Shown: one piece after another, positions 54,954-64,000 of the stretch
Layout: each line of letters begins with the position of its first letter
Numbering within the stretch: the stretch's first letter is position 1
DNA from: Bacteriovoracia bacterium
GTDB lineage: Bacteria; Bdellovibrionota; Bacteriovoracia; Bacteriovoracales; Bacteriovoracaceae
Length of the DNA: 64,000 bases
NCBI GenBank assembly: GCA_046570105.1
Contig: JBKHVI010000009.1
Coordinates: 1-64,000, forward strand
Direction of reading: 5' to 3'
The notes under the pieces: generated by a model
The model's database searches: none
Told to the model about the DNA's origin: nothing
What the model saw: the letters and a program-made list of their open reading frames with translations, nothing else
Made by a program: the position numbers and the translations under genes

Positions 54954-55580
54954 CTATGCTCCTAAGCGTTGGAGTTCAAATAAGAACTCAAAAGTTTCGA
55001 TATGTCTTTTGGCTTCGGCGACTGTCTTACCCCAAGAATAGAGTCCGTGGCCCGCGATCAGAAAGCCGTGAGGTTTTAGAGGCCAGTGCTGCTCCATCTC
55101 GGCAAGAATACCTTTCATGTCTTGGTTGTTAGAAACAACAGGAAGGGCGATTTCAGCAAAGTGGGTATCAATTCCAGTCAGGCCTTTCAAAATTTCCCAA
55201 CCTGAAAATTTGATTTCAACACTCTTGGCATTTTTTTGGCCGATCCATGTTCCCAGCACTGAGTGTGTGTGGAGGACACAATTAATTTCCGGGAAGCGCT
55301 TATAAATGGCGGTATGAATTTCAGTTTCGGCCGATGATTTGATGCCCGAACCTTGTGAGCGAGCGAGAACAGTTCCGTTGCTATCGATTGAGATGAGATC
55401 CGTCGCCTTGAATTGAGATTTATCTACGCCTGAGCGAGAAATAAGAATTTCTCCGGGAGCTTCCAGACGAATGGAGTAGTTGGTTGAGGTCGCTGGGCTC
55501 CAGTTTTTTTGCGAAAAAAACTGAATCGCCTCCAGCAGCTCCTGTGCCTGACCCTGGTCTTTAAAGCTCAAATCGGTCAT
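54954..55580 (-). CDS. mtnB: Methylthioribulose-1-phosphate dehydratase
   Basis: WSPATSTNYS, SGVDK, SAET.IH, LHTHS, GHGLYSWG. Confidence 0.93.
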   Translation of the reverse strand: MTDLSFKDQGQAQELLEAIQFFSQKNWSPATSTNYSIRLEAPGEILISRSGVDKSQFKATDLISIDSNGTVLARSQGSGIKSSAETEIHTAIYKRFPEINCVLHTHSVLGTWIGQKNAKSVEIKFSGWEILKGLTGIDTHFAEIALPVVSNNQDMKGILAEMEQHWPLKPHGFLIAGHGLYSWGKTVAEAKRHIETFEFLFELQRLGA

Positions 55581-55724
55581 GAAATTTGTCCCTTTTTTAT
55601 CCTCTTGGTGTCGCTAAAAAATCATTCTCTGAAAAGTCATATTTTATTAAGTAAATAACGCCGGGAGTCTAATGGGTTTACCCTCACTTGGAGAGGAGGT
55701 GATTTTTGTCAGAAAACAGCAAAA

Positions 55725-58700
55725 ATGGCATTCTTAACAGACACACGGCCAAGGAAGGCCTCGAAAATCGAGAGATTATCTATGAAGAACCCCTTCCTTG
55801 GAAGTCAATTCCAGTCCACTCACGCCGACAGTTTTGTCCATTTGCATCTCCATACGCAATACAGTTTGCTCGATGGTGCCATTCGTTTGGATGATTTGTT
55901 CAAGAAGGCGAAAGAAATTGGTGTTCCCGCCATCGCCAGTACCGATCATGGCAACATGTTTGGGGCCATTGATTTTTATACGCGTGCTTTGCAGGCCGGC
56001 ATTAAGCCGATTTTAGGATCAGAGATTTATTTTACGCCGGGCTCACGTTTTGATCGCCGTCCGCCTAAGAATTCTAAGACGCTTGATTCCCAAGATGAAA
56101 CCGAAGCTAAGCACCAAATTCACCATTTAATTTTGTTATGCAAGAACCTCACAGGTTACCGCAATCTTTGTAAGCTTCTCACTAAGGCCTATCAAGAAGG
56201 GTTTTACTACAAGCCCCGCGCTGATGTGGATCTACTTAAAGAATATTCAGAAGGCCTCATTGCCACTTCGGCCTGTTTGAAAGGGGAAGTGGGTTTTAAT
56301 CTTTTCACCGGCCAGGATGATCGCGCTTATGCAGCCGCGATGAAGTTCAAAGATATCTTTGGAGATGATTTTTATCTCGAGATTCAAGAGAACGGCATTC
56401 CTGAGCAAGTCGATGTGAATAGAAAAGTTGTCGCCTTCGCTAAAGAAAATAATATTAAGCTCGTGGCAACTAATGATTGTCACTATATCGATCGCGAAGA
56501 TGCGGCCGCCCAAGAAGTTTTGATGTGTATTCAAACGGGTAAAACCTTTGAAGATGAAAAGCGCATGAAACTCACCACTACCGAGTTTTTCTTTAAGACT
56601 CCCGCTCAAATGCGTGAAGCCTTCAGCTATATCAAAGAGGCATGTGACAATACCTTAAAGATTGCCGATGAATGTAATCTCGAACTCACTTGGCAAGATG
56701 AAAAAGGTAAACAGATTTATCATTTGCCTAAATTTGATATTCCTACTGAAGAGAGCGAAGAAGAATTCTTTGCTCGCGCCTCGCTGGAAGGACTTGAGAA
56801 TCGTTTTGCCGGACCACATTTTCGTGAATTGGTCGTCAAAGAAAATTGGGCGACTGAGCTTCGCCCGCGCTATATCGATCGCTTAAATGAAGAAGTGCGT
56901 CTGATTAAGCAGATGGGTTTTACAGGTTACTTCCTCATCGTATCGGACTTTATTCGTTGGGCCAAGGCCCATGATATTCCAGTCGGTCCAGGGCGAGGTT
57001 CGGGTGCCGGTTCATTGGTGGCGTATAGTTTAGATATCACCAACATCGACCCCCTTCCGTACAATCTTCTCTTTGAGCGATTCATAAATCCTGAACGTAT
57101 TTCCATGCCGGATTTTGATATCGACTTCTGTCAGGATCGCCGTCAGGAAGTGATCGCGTATGTAACTAAGAAATATGGTGAAGAACGCGTCGGTCAGATT
57201 ATTACCTTTGGTAAACTCCAAGCCAAAGCGGTTATCCGCGATGTCTCGCGCGTGTTTGCTCTTCCTTATTCAGAAGCTGATGCTCTAGCGAAACTCATTC
57301 CTGATGAGTTGGGAATTGAACTCCAAGAAGCGATCGATAAAGAGCCCAAGCTCAAAGAGCTAGAAGACAACGATCCTAAGATTCGCCGAGTGCTACAGAT
57401 TTCAAAACGCCTCGAGGGACTCTATCGTCACGCTTCGATTCACGCTGCTGGTGTTATTATCACCAACGAACCACTGGTGACTTACTGTCCGCTCTACAAA
57501 GGGCGTGAGGGTGAGCAAGTTGTTCAGTTTGATAAAGACTTCTCCGAAAAAATTGGACTGGTTAAGTTTGACTTCTTGGGACTAAAAACTCTGACGGTGA
57601 TTGATAATGCCGTGAAGTTTGTTCGTCGTGACCACGATAAGAGTTTTAATATTGAAGATATCTCCATGACTGATAAGTCAGTGTTTGACTTGATCGGGGA
57701 TGGCGATACCACGGGTGTTTTCCAGCTTGAATCTTCAGGCATGAAAGATCTGTGTAAGCGTATTAAACCCGACTCGATCGATGATATCACTGCGATTAAC
57801 GCTCTTTATCGTCCGGGCCCGATGGGTTCAGGGATGCATGATGAATTCGTGGAAATCAAACACGGCCGCAAACCAGAGCAGTACTTGTTCGAAGAATTGC
57901 GTCCGGTTCTAAAAGATACTTACGGTATTATCGTTTACCAAGAACAGGTCATGAACATCGCTCGTACCATTGCGGGCTTTTCGCTTGGTCAAGCGGATAT
58001 GCTTCGTCGAGCCATGGGTAAGAAAAAACCTGAAGAGATGGAGAAGTACAAAAAAATCTTCATCGAAGGCGCGAGTGCTAAGGGCTTTGATGTTGATAAG
58101 AGTATTTACCTCTTTGATTTGATGGCGAAATTTGCGGAGTACGGCTTTAACAAGTCTCACGCCGTGGCCTACGCGGTGATTGCTTATCAAACCGCCTTCT
58201 TGAAGCGCTATTATCCGGCCGCATTCTATGCTGCTCTTCTCGGTACCGAGATCAGCAATATGGATAAAGTCACCATGTATGCACAAGATGCCCGTGAGCA
58301 TGATATTGTTATCCTTCCACCTGATGTGAATGAATCTCTCTGGCTGTTTAACGTCATCGGTAACACCATTCGTTTCGGTATGGGGGCGATTAAAAACGTC
58401 GGCGAGGGTGCTGTTCAGGCGATTATTAAAGAGCGTGAAGAAAATGGACCATTAAAGGGTCTCATTGATTTCTCTGAGCGCGTGAATCCGAAGGAAGTGA
58501 ACTCGCGCGTGATGGAATCACTCGTGAAGGTCGGTGCTTTTGATTCGGTTGAAAAGTACAACCGCAAAACGCTTCTTGAGAACCTCGAAATGATCACTGC
58601 TTACGGTGCCCGCAAGCAAGAAGAGAAGAGTATGGGGCAAACCAATCTCTTCGATATGGGTGGCAGCTCGGAAGCTTCGGCGGAAGAGGCCTTACAGATT

Positions 58701-59432
58701 CATGAGACAGAAGAGTTTACCGAGAAAGAACGTCTCTCAACAGAAGCTGAACTTTTAGGAATCTATATTTCTGGTCATCCGTTGAATCGTTATCAGGATA
58801 TTTTAACCAAACTCGCCAGTATGCCGATCGCCGATGTGCAGGCGCTTCCGATGGTCAGTCGTCCTGAAGGTTTCAACCCACGAGGCCAGGACGCTGATCC
58901 GAGTCGTCGCCCAATGGTGCTGGGTGGTCTGATCACAGGTCTTAAAACCATTATCACTAAGAAAGGTGATAAGATGGCGTTTCTCACTCTAGAAGATTTG
59001 ACTGGAAAAATTGAATGTCTCATTTTTCCTCGCATCTATGCTGAGTTTGAAGCGATGCTTTCTAGTGATGAACCTATTCTCATGAGTGGACAGGCCAGTC
59101 TTTCGGAAGATCCTAAGAAATTCTTCCCCGATAAAATTACAGCTCTCAAAGAAGCCTCAGATGATCGCGTGACAGCTGTTCGTGTGAATCTTCCGATGGA
59201 GCGCTTGAATCCTCATTCACTGACTCGCGTGCGCCAAATCCTTTTAAGCTACCGTGGCACAGTCCCGATCCATTTTGTTTTTGAAACTCAAGAAGGCCGC
59301 GCGCGCCTACCACTGGATGATAATTTCTTAGTGGCACCCTCGCCGCAAATGGCCGCGAAGATTAATGAAATCCTTCAACATAATTCTGTGAGCTTTATTG
59401 TTGATGGTCGCGCCGAAGAGGTTCGTTCATGA
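55725..59432 (+). CDS. dnaE: DNA polymerase III alpha subunit (start 55725 or 55782)
   Basis: FVHLHLHTQYSLLDG, GPGRGSGAGS, MPDFDIDF, YGFNKSH, C-terminal OB fold. Confidence 0.98.
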   Translation: MAFLTDTRPRKASKIERLSMKNPFLGSQFQSTHADSFVHLHLHTQYSLLDGAIRLDDLFKKAKEIGVPAIASTDHGNMFGAIDFYTRALQAGIKPILGSEIYFTPGSRFDRRPPKNSKTLDSQDETEAKHQIHHLILLCKNLTGYRNLCKLLTKAYQEGFYYKPRADVDLLKEYSEGLIATSACLKGEVGFNLFTGQDDRAYAAAMKFKDIFGDDFYLEIQENGIPEQVDVNRKVVAFAKENNIKLVATNDCHYIDREDAAAQEVLMCIQTGKTFEDEKRMKLTTTEFFFKTPAQMREAFSYIKEACDNTLKIADECNLELTWQDEKGKQIYHLPKFDIPTEESEEEFFARASLEGLENRFAGPHFRELVVKENWATELRPRYIDRLNEEVRLIKQMGFTGYFLIVSDFIRWAKAHDIPVGPGRGSGAGSLVAYSLDITNIDPLPYNLLFERFINPERISMPDFDIDFCQDRRQEVIAYVTKKYGEERVGQIITFGKLQAKAVIRDVSRVFALPYSEADALAKLIPDELGIELQEAIDKEPKLKELEDNDPKIRRVLQISKRLEGLYRHASIHAAGVIITNEPLVTYCPLYKGREGEQVVQFDKDFSEKIGLVKFDFLGLKTLTVIDNAVKFVRRDHDKSFNIEDISMTDKSVFDLIGDGDTTGVFQLESSGMKDLCKRIKPDSIDDITAINALYRPGPMGSGMHDEFVEIKHGRKPEQYLFEELRPVLKDTYGIIVYQEQVMNIARTIAGFSLGQADMLRRAMGKKKPEEMEKYKKIFIEGASAKGFDVDKSIYLFDLMAKFAEYGFNKSHAVAYAVIAYQTAFLKRYYPAAFYAALLGTEISNMDKVTMYAQDAREHDIVILPPDVNESLWLFNVIGNTIRFGMGAIKNVGEGAVQAIIKEREENGPLKGLIDFSERVNPKEVNSRVMESLVKVGAFDSVEKYNRKTLLENLEMITAYGARKQEEKSMGQTNLFDMGGSSEASAEEALQIHETEEFTEKERLSTEAELLGIYISGHPLNRYQDILTKLASMPIADVQALPMVSRPEGFNPRGQDADPSRRPMVLGGLITGLKTIITKKGDKMAFLTLEDLTGKIECLIFPRIYAEFEAMLSSDEPILMSGQASLSEDPKKFFPDKITALKEASDDRVTAVRVNLPMERLNPHSLTRVRQILLSYRGTVPIHFVFETQEGRARLPLDDNFLVAPSPQMAAKINEILQHNSVSFIVDGRAEEVRS

Positions 59433-60727
59433 AAAAAATTGGCTGGCTCATTATTGGTTCTCTTTTAGCCATTTTTCCTATTTTAATGGCGCAAGCAGGT
59501 ACGGTTTCTGTTGAAATTCCTGCACACGAAGCTCCGGAAGAGGAAATTCGCCAAGCGCTTTTACGCGCGGCCACTGAAAAGCTCGTTGCTGAAAGCATGA
59601 AGGGCCGAAACCTCAATGAAGCCGTCTATCAGGAAGCCTTGACTCAGAAATTTGATCCTTGGTTTGCTGAAATTGAAAAAAGACTCAGAGAAGAATTAAC
59701 TCAGAAAAACACTCCGGCCGAGCAGATTGAGCAAAAACTTGTCTGGGAGAAGTCTAAGAGTCGTTTCACTTTTGCTAAGTTAGATAAACTGATTAAGCGC
59801 TACACCATCAAATCCTTTTCGGCCCATCCTGAAACAGTGGGCGTTTGGCAGATGACACTAGAAGGGGAGGTTGACGAAAATCTCTTACCGATTCATGTGC
59901 AACGTATGCAAGATGAGTCGCGCGCTTTTCGCCGACTTTGGATTTATCCGCAAATACGATTGGATAACTTTAGCTGGGAAGACCTGAAGCTTTCACAAGC
60001 TTCAGATTTCATGACACCTGTTCAGAACGAATGGCTAAAGTGGTTTCAAGATCGCCCACCTGGTGATGTAGAAGACATTGCGATTTGTGATGAGGCCTGT
60101 GAAAAGCTTTTAGAAAAATGGCGTGCCCACGATGAAAAAAATATGGGCAGCTTTGTTGAGCCTGAACTCATTGGTGGTCTCTTGTTAACGGTAAATATTA
60201 ATTTGAGCCGTGAGCAATTGATGGGTGCAGTGAAAGAATCAAAGATCACCTACAGCGGAGGTTTGATTCTACAAGATCTCAACACCAAGCGTGTCCTCCA
60301 TTGGGCCGATTTGCCCAAAGAGATTCAAACTCTCAAACTTAAAGAACAAAAGAAATTCAACTCGGGCCTTGCCACCCAGACCTATCGTTATCCCTTGGGT
60401 AAGTTTGAAGAGGTAAAAACCCAAGTAGGGAAGTCGGTCTCCTTAACGAATTCCATTGTCCTTCGCTTGGTTAATGCTCGCCATCTAGGAGAAGCGATGC
60501 GCTTAGTGGAATGGATTCGCGTGAAAGGTGCCCCTATGCAGGCCCAGGGCAAGCTTGATTCCTTCAATTCTAAGAATGCCCGAATCCTGGTGCACTTTCG
60601 CGGAGAGGGAAACAAATTCAAGGCTTTGGTGTCAGGCGTAAAAGAGTTAGAATCAGAATGGGGCCGTCCCCTCGCGATTGAAGAACAAAGTAACGAACTC
60701 GTCATTACTTTGGAATCAAAACCGTAA
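59429..60727 (+). CDS. Exported hypothetical protein
   Basis: Signal peptide; ATGA overlap with dnaE stop. Confidence 0.75.
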   Translation: MKKIGWLIIGSLLAIFPILMAQAGTVSVEIPAHEAPEEEIRQALLRAATEKLVAESMKGRNLNEAVYQEALTQKFDPWFAEIEKRLREELTQKNTPAEQIEQKLVWEKSKSRFTFAKLDKLIKRYTIKSFSAHPETVGVWQMTLEGEVDENLLPIHVQRMQDESRAFRRLWIYPQIRLDNFSWEDLKLSQASDFMTPVQNEWLKWFQDRPPGDVEDIAICDEACEKLLEKWRAHDEKNMGSFVEPELIGGLLLTVNINLSREQLMGAVKESKITYSGGLILQDLNTKRVLHWADLPKEIQTLKLKEQKKFNSGLATQTYRYPLGKFEEVKTQVGKSVSLTNSIVLRLVNARHLGEAMRLVEWIRVKGAPMQAQGKLDSFNSKNARILVHFRGEGNKFKALVSGVKELESEWGRPLAIEEQSNELVITLESKP

Positions 60728-60758
60728 ACGTTTAACGGCCCACCAAAGGTGAGCCGTT

Positions 60759-61682
60759 ATGACAAAAATTTTGTGTTTAATTCTTCTCATCACTTCCTGT
60801 GCAGCACCCATTCGACGCACACCACTTGATCCTGGTCGCATGACTAATCAAAACACTAATCGCAATGTAAAAGACTTCAATCCCATTCGTAAAAAAATCG
60901 CACTCTTGAGTTTCTATAATGAAGCTCCTTTCGGCGGTGAAGACTTGGCGATTCAAGCGACTGAAGAGTTTCGTCGAGAAGTGATGCGTTCACGTGACTA
61001 TCTGGTTGATCCCACTGCCGCACAAATCTTTGGTAACTCAAAAGAAATTTATTCAGGTGGGGGAGTGAAGCTCGCTCAGCTAACTCGTAAAGCAAAAATG
61101 GCCGGCGTGAATTTGGTTATTTTTGGACGTATTGTTGATGCTCGTGTTCGCCAGGCCTCTGATGAAATTGGTTTTGTGAGAAAGACAAAAGCTCTCGCTG
61201 AAACAAAAGTAGAGATCAAAGTTTTTGATGTGATCTCAAGTAAAGAGCTATTGAGTGACACGGTTGATGGCACAGTTCACGACGATAACTTTCGTTTTCA
61301 TTTATCTGAAGAAGAAGAGAACTTGGCCTATCGCCAGGATCTGATGCGCTATTCAACTCGCGTAGCTGTTCGTAAGTTTCTCCCACGCTTAATTAGCCTT
61401 GGTTCAAAACTCGACTGGACCGGGCGAATCGCTAAGATTATCGGTACAAAAGTTTACATCAATGCCGGCCGCGATAGCGGAATCAACATCGGTGATATTT
61501 TAAAAGTTATTACTGAAGGCCAAGATGTCTATGACCCTGAAACAGGCGCACTCATTGGTATCTCCAAGGGGGATATCAAAGGCACGCTTGAGGTGATGGA
61601 TTATTTCGGGCCAGATGGGGCGATTGCCATTCTTCACTCGGGTGGTTCAGTCACTGAGGGTGATTTCGTACAGCTTTATTGA
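60759..61682 (+). CDS. Lipoprotein with CsgG/TolB-N-like and FlgT-C-like domains
   Basis: Lipobox LITSC; KKIALLSF.N, GVNLVIFGRI; GRIAKI.G.KVYINAG..SGI..GD...DPETG..IG. Confidence 0.7.
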   Translation: MTKILCLILLITSCAAPIRRTPLDPGRMTNQNTNRNVKDFNPIRKKIALLSFYNEAPFGGEDLAIQATEEFRREVMRSRDYLVDPTAAQIFGNSKEIYSGGGVKLAQLTRKAKMAGVNLVIFGRIVDARVRQASDEIGFVRKTKALAETKVEIKVFDVISSKELLSDTVDGTVHDDNFRFHLSEEEENLAYRQDLMRYSTRVAVRKFLPRLISLGSKLDWTGRIAKIIGTKVYINAGRDSGINIGDILKVITEGQDVYDPETGALIGISKGDIKGTLEVMDYFGPDGAIAILHSGGSVTEGDFVQLY

Positions 61683-61687
61683 TTATT

Positions 61688-61848
61688 TTCAAATTCGCCC
61701 GTCTCATCCTGGCGCACAGAACTTCTTAAGTAATGAAATTCAAGCCAGGATGAATCAATCATTAAACGAAGACTGCACGAGGCGTCCTCAAGATGTTTGT
61801 CGCTACTAAATAACATACTTAGCTTCGGACTTTACGGGCGAATTTGAA
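61688..61848. repeat. 161-bp structured element with 15-bp perfect terminal inverted repeats (MITE/REP-like or ncRNA)
   Basis: TTCAAATTCGCCCGT...ACGGGCGAATTTGAA; inner TCATCCTGGC/GCCAGGATGA 10-bp stem. Confidence 0.8.
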
Positions 61849-61865
61849 TGGCAAAAAACTACAAA

Positions 61866-62534
61866 TTAAACGTACGGAATCGGATCTTTCATGCCAGCTT
61901 CAGTAAAGCCGCGCATGCGAAGGGCGCAGGAATCACACACACCACAGGCCTTATCTGAACGTGCGTAGCATGACCAGCTCAGCTCAAACGGAGCTTTGAG
62001 TTTTACTCCCAGCTCAACAATTGCTTTTTTCTTTAAGAGAATAACCGGCGTCTCGATCTTGATGTGGCTGGCCTTAGTACCAAGGCCCACCAATTTATTA
62101 AAAGCTTCATAGTATTGCGGACGACAATCGGGGTAGCCGGGAGAATCTTCCCAGTTCGCACCGATGTATAAAATGCCCGCACCGACAACTTCCGCCCACG
62201 AGACAGCGAGTGAAAGAATGATCGAGTTTCTGAAAGGCACGTAGCTATCAGGAATAAGATCTGAGTCGCCTTGATAGTCTTTCACACTGATCGAAGCATC
62301 AGTCAGAGAGCTGCCGCCGATCTGTTGCAGAAAGCGCATATCAATAATTTTTCGCAAATGTTTGGGGATCTGATAGTGATCAGCGATTTTAACAAATGAG
62401 TCGTACTCACGAGAAGAAGTCTTCTGGCCATAATCCATATGCAAGAACGCCACTGACTTGTGCTTTTTGACAGCTTCAGCTGCACACACAAGAGAGTCCA
62501 TTCCACCGCTGACCAAGACAATGGCATCAACCAT
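61866..62534 (-). CDS. queC: 7-cyano-7-deazaguanine synthase
   Basis: SGGMDS, DYGQ, YVPFRN, GYPDCR, SWSCY, CGVCDSC. Confidence 0.96.
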   Translation of the reverse strand: MVDAIVLVSGGMDSLVCAAEAVKKHKSVAFLHMDYGQKTSSREYDSFVKIADHYQIPKHLRKIIDMRFLQQIGGSSLTDASISVKDYQGDSDLIPDSYVPFRNSIILSLAVSWAEVVGAGILYIGANWEDSPGYPDCRPQYYEAFNKLVGLGTKASHIKIETPVILLKKKAIVELGVKLKAPFELSWSCYARSDKACGVCDSCALRMRGFTEAGMKDPIPYV

Positions 62535-62535
62535 A

Positions 62536-63999
62536 CTAAACCTCAGCGCACGTCGCGAGGACAAAATCAGTAATCTTTTTGATTTTATCTTGTGCGCGTT
62601 TCTTCTTATCGGCGAGGCTGCCTTCGTGCTCGCCTACCATGATATAAAATTTAATCTTGGGCTCTGTTCCTGAGGGACGCAAGAAAAGTTGATCGCCGTT
62701 TACAAAAGTAAAACCTAAAACGTTGCTTGGTGGCAGACCTGATTCAGGTTTTAAAAAGTCGGTCAGATTTTTAATCTTAAGCGAAACGATCTCAGGATAT
62801 TTGTAATGACGGAAGTGCTCCATGATACGCTTAATCTTTTTGCCGCCTTCGATACCTTCGTAATCGAGAGACACGAGATGCTCCATAAAGAAACCATACT
62901 CGTTGGCGATTTCATCCATGGCGTCCATAAGAGTCATGCCGCGCGTTTTGTAATGAAGCGCAATTTCACACATCAGCGCCATCGAAGAGACGCCGTCTTT
63001 ATCGCGAGAAGCATTGTGAGGCATATAACCAAACGACTCTTCTGAAGCGAAGACAAAGTTATAAGGTGATTTCTCAACTTCCAGGCGACGAATGAGATCG
63101 GCCATCCATTTAAAGCCGGTGAGGGTCGCCATGATGGTGCCACCGAATTTTTTGACGATGGTGTCTTGCACCGGTGACGTCACAATACTTTTCACCACCA
63201 GTGGATTTTTAGGCAAAAGGTTTTTAGCTTGGCGAGTTTTGAAAACGTAGTGCAAGAACAGAGCACCCAGTTGATTACCGTTAATATAAAACGGCTCTCC
63301 TTTGTGGTTTCCTACGACTCCTAGGCGATCACCATCCGGGTCACTGCCGAAGACGATATCGGCATTGGTGGCGAGCATTTCATCGACTGCCATTTTAAGA
63401 GCGGCAGGCTCTTCCGGATTTGGATATTTAACGGTTGGGAAATTTCCATCTGGTTTTGCTTGAGCGGCAATAGTTGTGAGTGTGGTGAAGCCTAAGCGTT
63501 TCACAATAGTTTCACACGGGACAAGTGCTGTTCCGTGAAGTGGAGTGAAGACGACTTTTAATTCTTTCCCGCGTGACTGACAGAGTTCGCGATCAAGAAT
63601 CACAGTCTCTTCGATCATTTTATAAAAAGCTTCGTCGACTTCAGGACCTGTATCACTGACGAAACCTTGGGCTTTTGCTTCAGTGAAACTCATGTATTTG
63701 AGCTCTGACCAATCCGTGAGCGAGTTGTAGCTATCGATGATTTCTTGATCCATGGGAGGCACCACTTGGCCGCCATCACTCCAGAATACTTTGTAGCCAT
63801 TGTACTTAGGAGGATTATGACTGGCGGTGACCATCACTCCGCCTTGAGCGCCGTAAAAGCGGATGGCGAAAGAGAGCATGGGAGTCGGAGTGAGAACCGG
63901 GAAAATACGGCCCTTGATACCGAAGGCCGCCATGACGCCCAGAGTTTCTTCGGCAAATTCTCGCGAGCCATTTCGACAGTCATAAGAGACCACGATACT
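62536..63999 (-). CDS. Phosphoglucomutase/phosphomannomutase family (5'-truncated by window)
   Basis: TASHNP, DPDGDR, LTGFK, EESFG, RPSGTEPKIK. Confidence 0.93.
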   Translation of the reverse strand, partial: SIVVSYDCRNGSREFAEETLGVMAAFGIKGRIFPVLTPTPMLSFAIRFYGAQGGVMVTASHNPPKYNGYKVFWSDGGQVVPPMDQEIIDSYNSLTDWSELKYMSFTEAKAQGFVSDTGPEVDEAFYKMIEETVILDRELCQSRGKELKVVFTPLHGTALVPCETIVKRLGFTTLTTIAAQAKPDGNFPTVKYPNPEEPAALKMAVDEMLATNADIVFGSDPDGDRLGVVGNHKGEPFYINGNQLGALFLHYVFKTRQAKNLLPKNPLVVKSIVTSPVQDTIVKKFGGTIMATLTGFKWMADLIRRLEVEKSPYNFVFASEESFGYMPHNASRDKDGVSSMALMCEIALHYKTRGMTLMDAMDEIANEYGFFMEHLVSLDYEGIEGGKKIKRIMEHFRHYKYPEIVSLKIKNLTDFLKPESGLPPSNVLGFTFVNGDQLFLRPSGTEPKIKFYIMVGEHEGSLADKKKRAQDKIKKITDFVLATCAEV

Positions 64000-64000
64000 G

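Noticed and set aside
55581..55720. SAM riboswitch upstream of mtnB
   Set aside because: No ATC.AGAG / GCAACC / GTGC core could be found on the minus strand
55725..59432. Intein in DnaE
   Set aside because: Length is ordinary and no C...HN-C/S/T splice junctions or LAGLIDADG motifs were seen
61688..61848. 6S RNA
   Set aside because: Size is similar, but visible pairing is multibranched rather than one rod with a central bubble, and its ends recur elsewhere as repeats; not formally excluded without cmscan

Overview
Gene-dense chromosomal window, probably from a predatory Bdellovibrionota (Bacteriovorax/Peredibacter-like) bacterium; this placement is an inference from gene content and protein style. 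About 70 CDS, mostly housekeeping: a pantothenate/CoA operon (KARI-like panG, panB, coaX, coaBC, panC, hflX), kdsD, lnt, mltG, ruvX, dinB, rho-prfA-prmC-murA, guaBA, fabH, mtnBDC, dnaE, queC and a phosphosugar mutase. Accessory content includes a cobalamin riboswitch with a btuB-like receptor, a sigma54-type subtilase, and a 9-gene TonB operon (beta-helix protein, TonB-dependent receptor, ankyrin lipoprotein, ExbB/ExbD, Ttp-like proteins, TonB, TPR). No tRNA, rRNA, CRISPR array or transposase was seen. The most notable signals lie outside the ORF track. (1) A 240-bp tandem duplication at 40589-41043, each copy a structured minus-strand unit with a strong SD, a 19-codon Cys-containing ORF and an intrinsic terminator. 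(2) A dispersed palindromic repeat family (TCAA(A)TTCRCCCGT) found three times, always between convergent genes. (3) Several apparently leaderless genes, sigma28 and sigma54 promoters, an unannotated 33-aa membrane peptide and a probable CTG start for panC. All functional calls come from motif recognition by eye; no searches were run.
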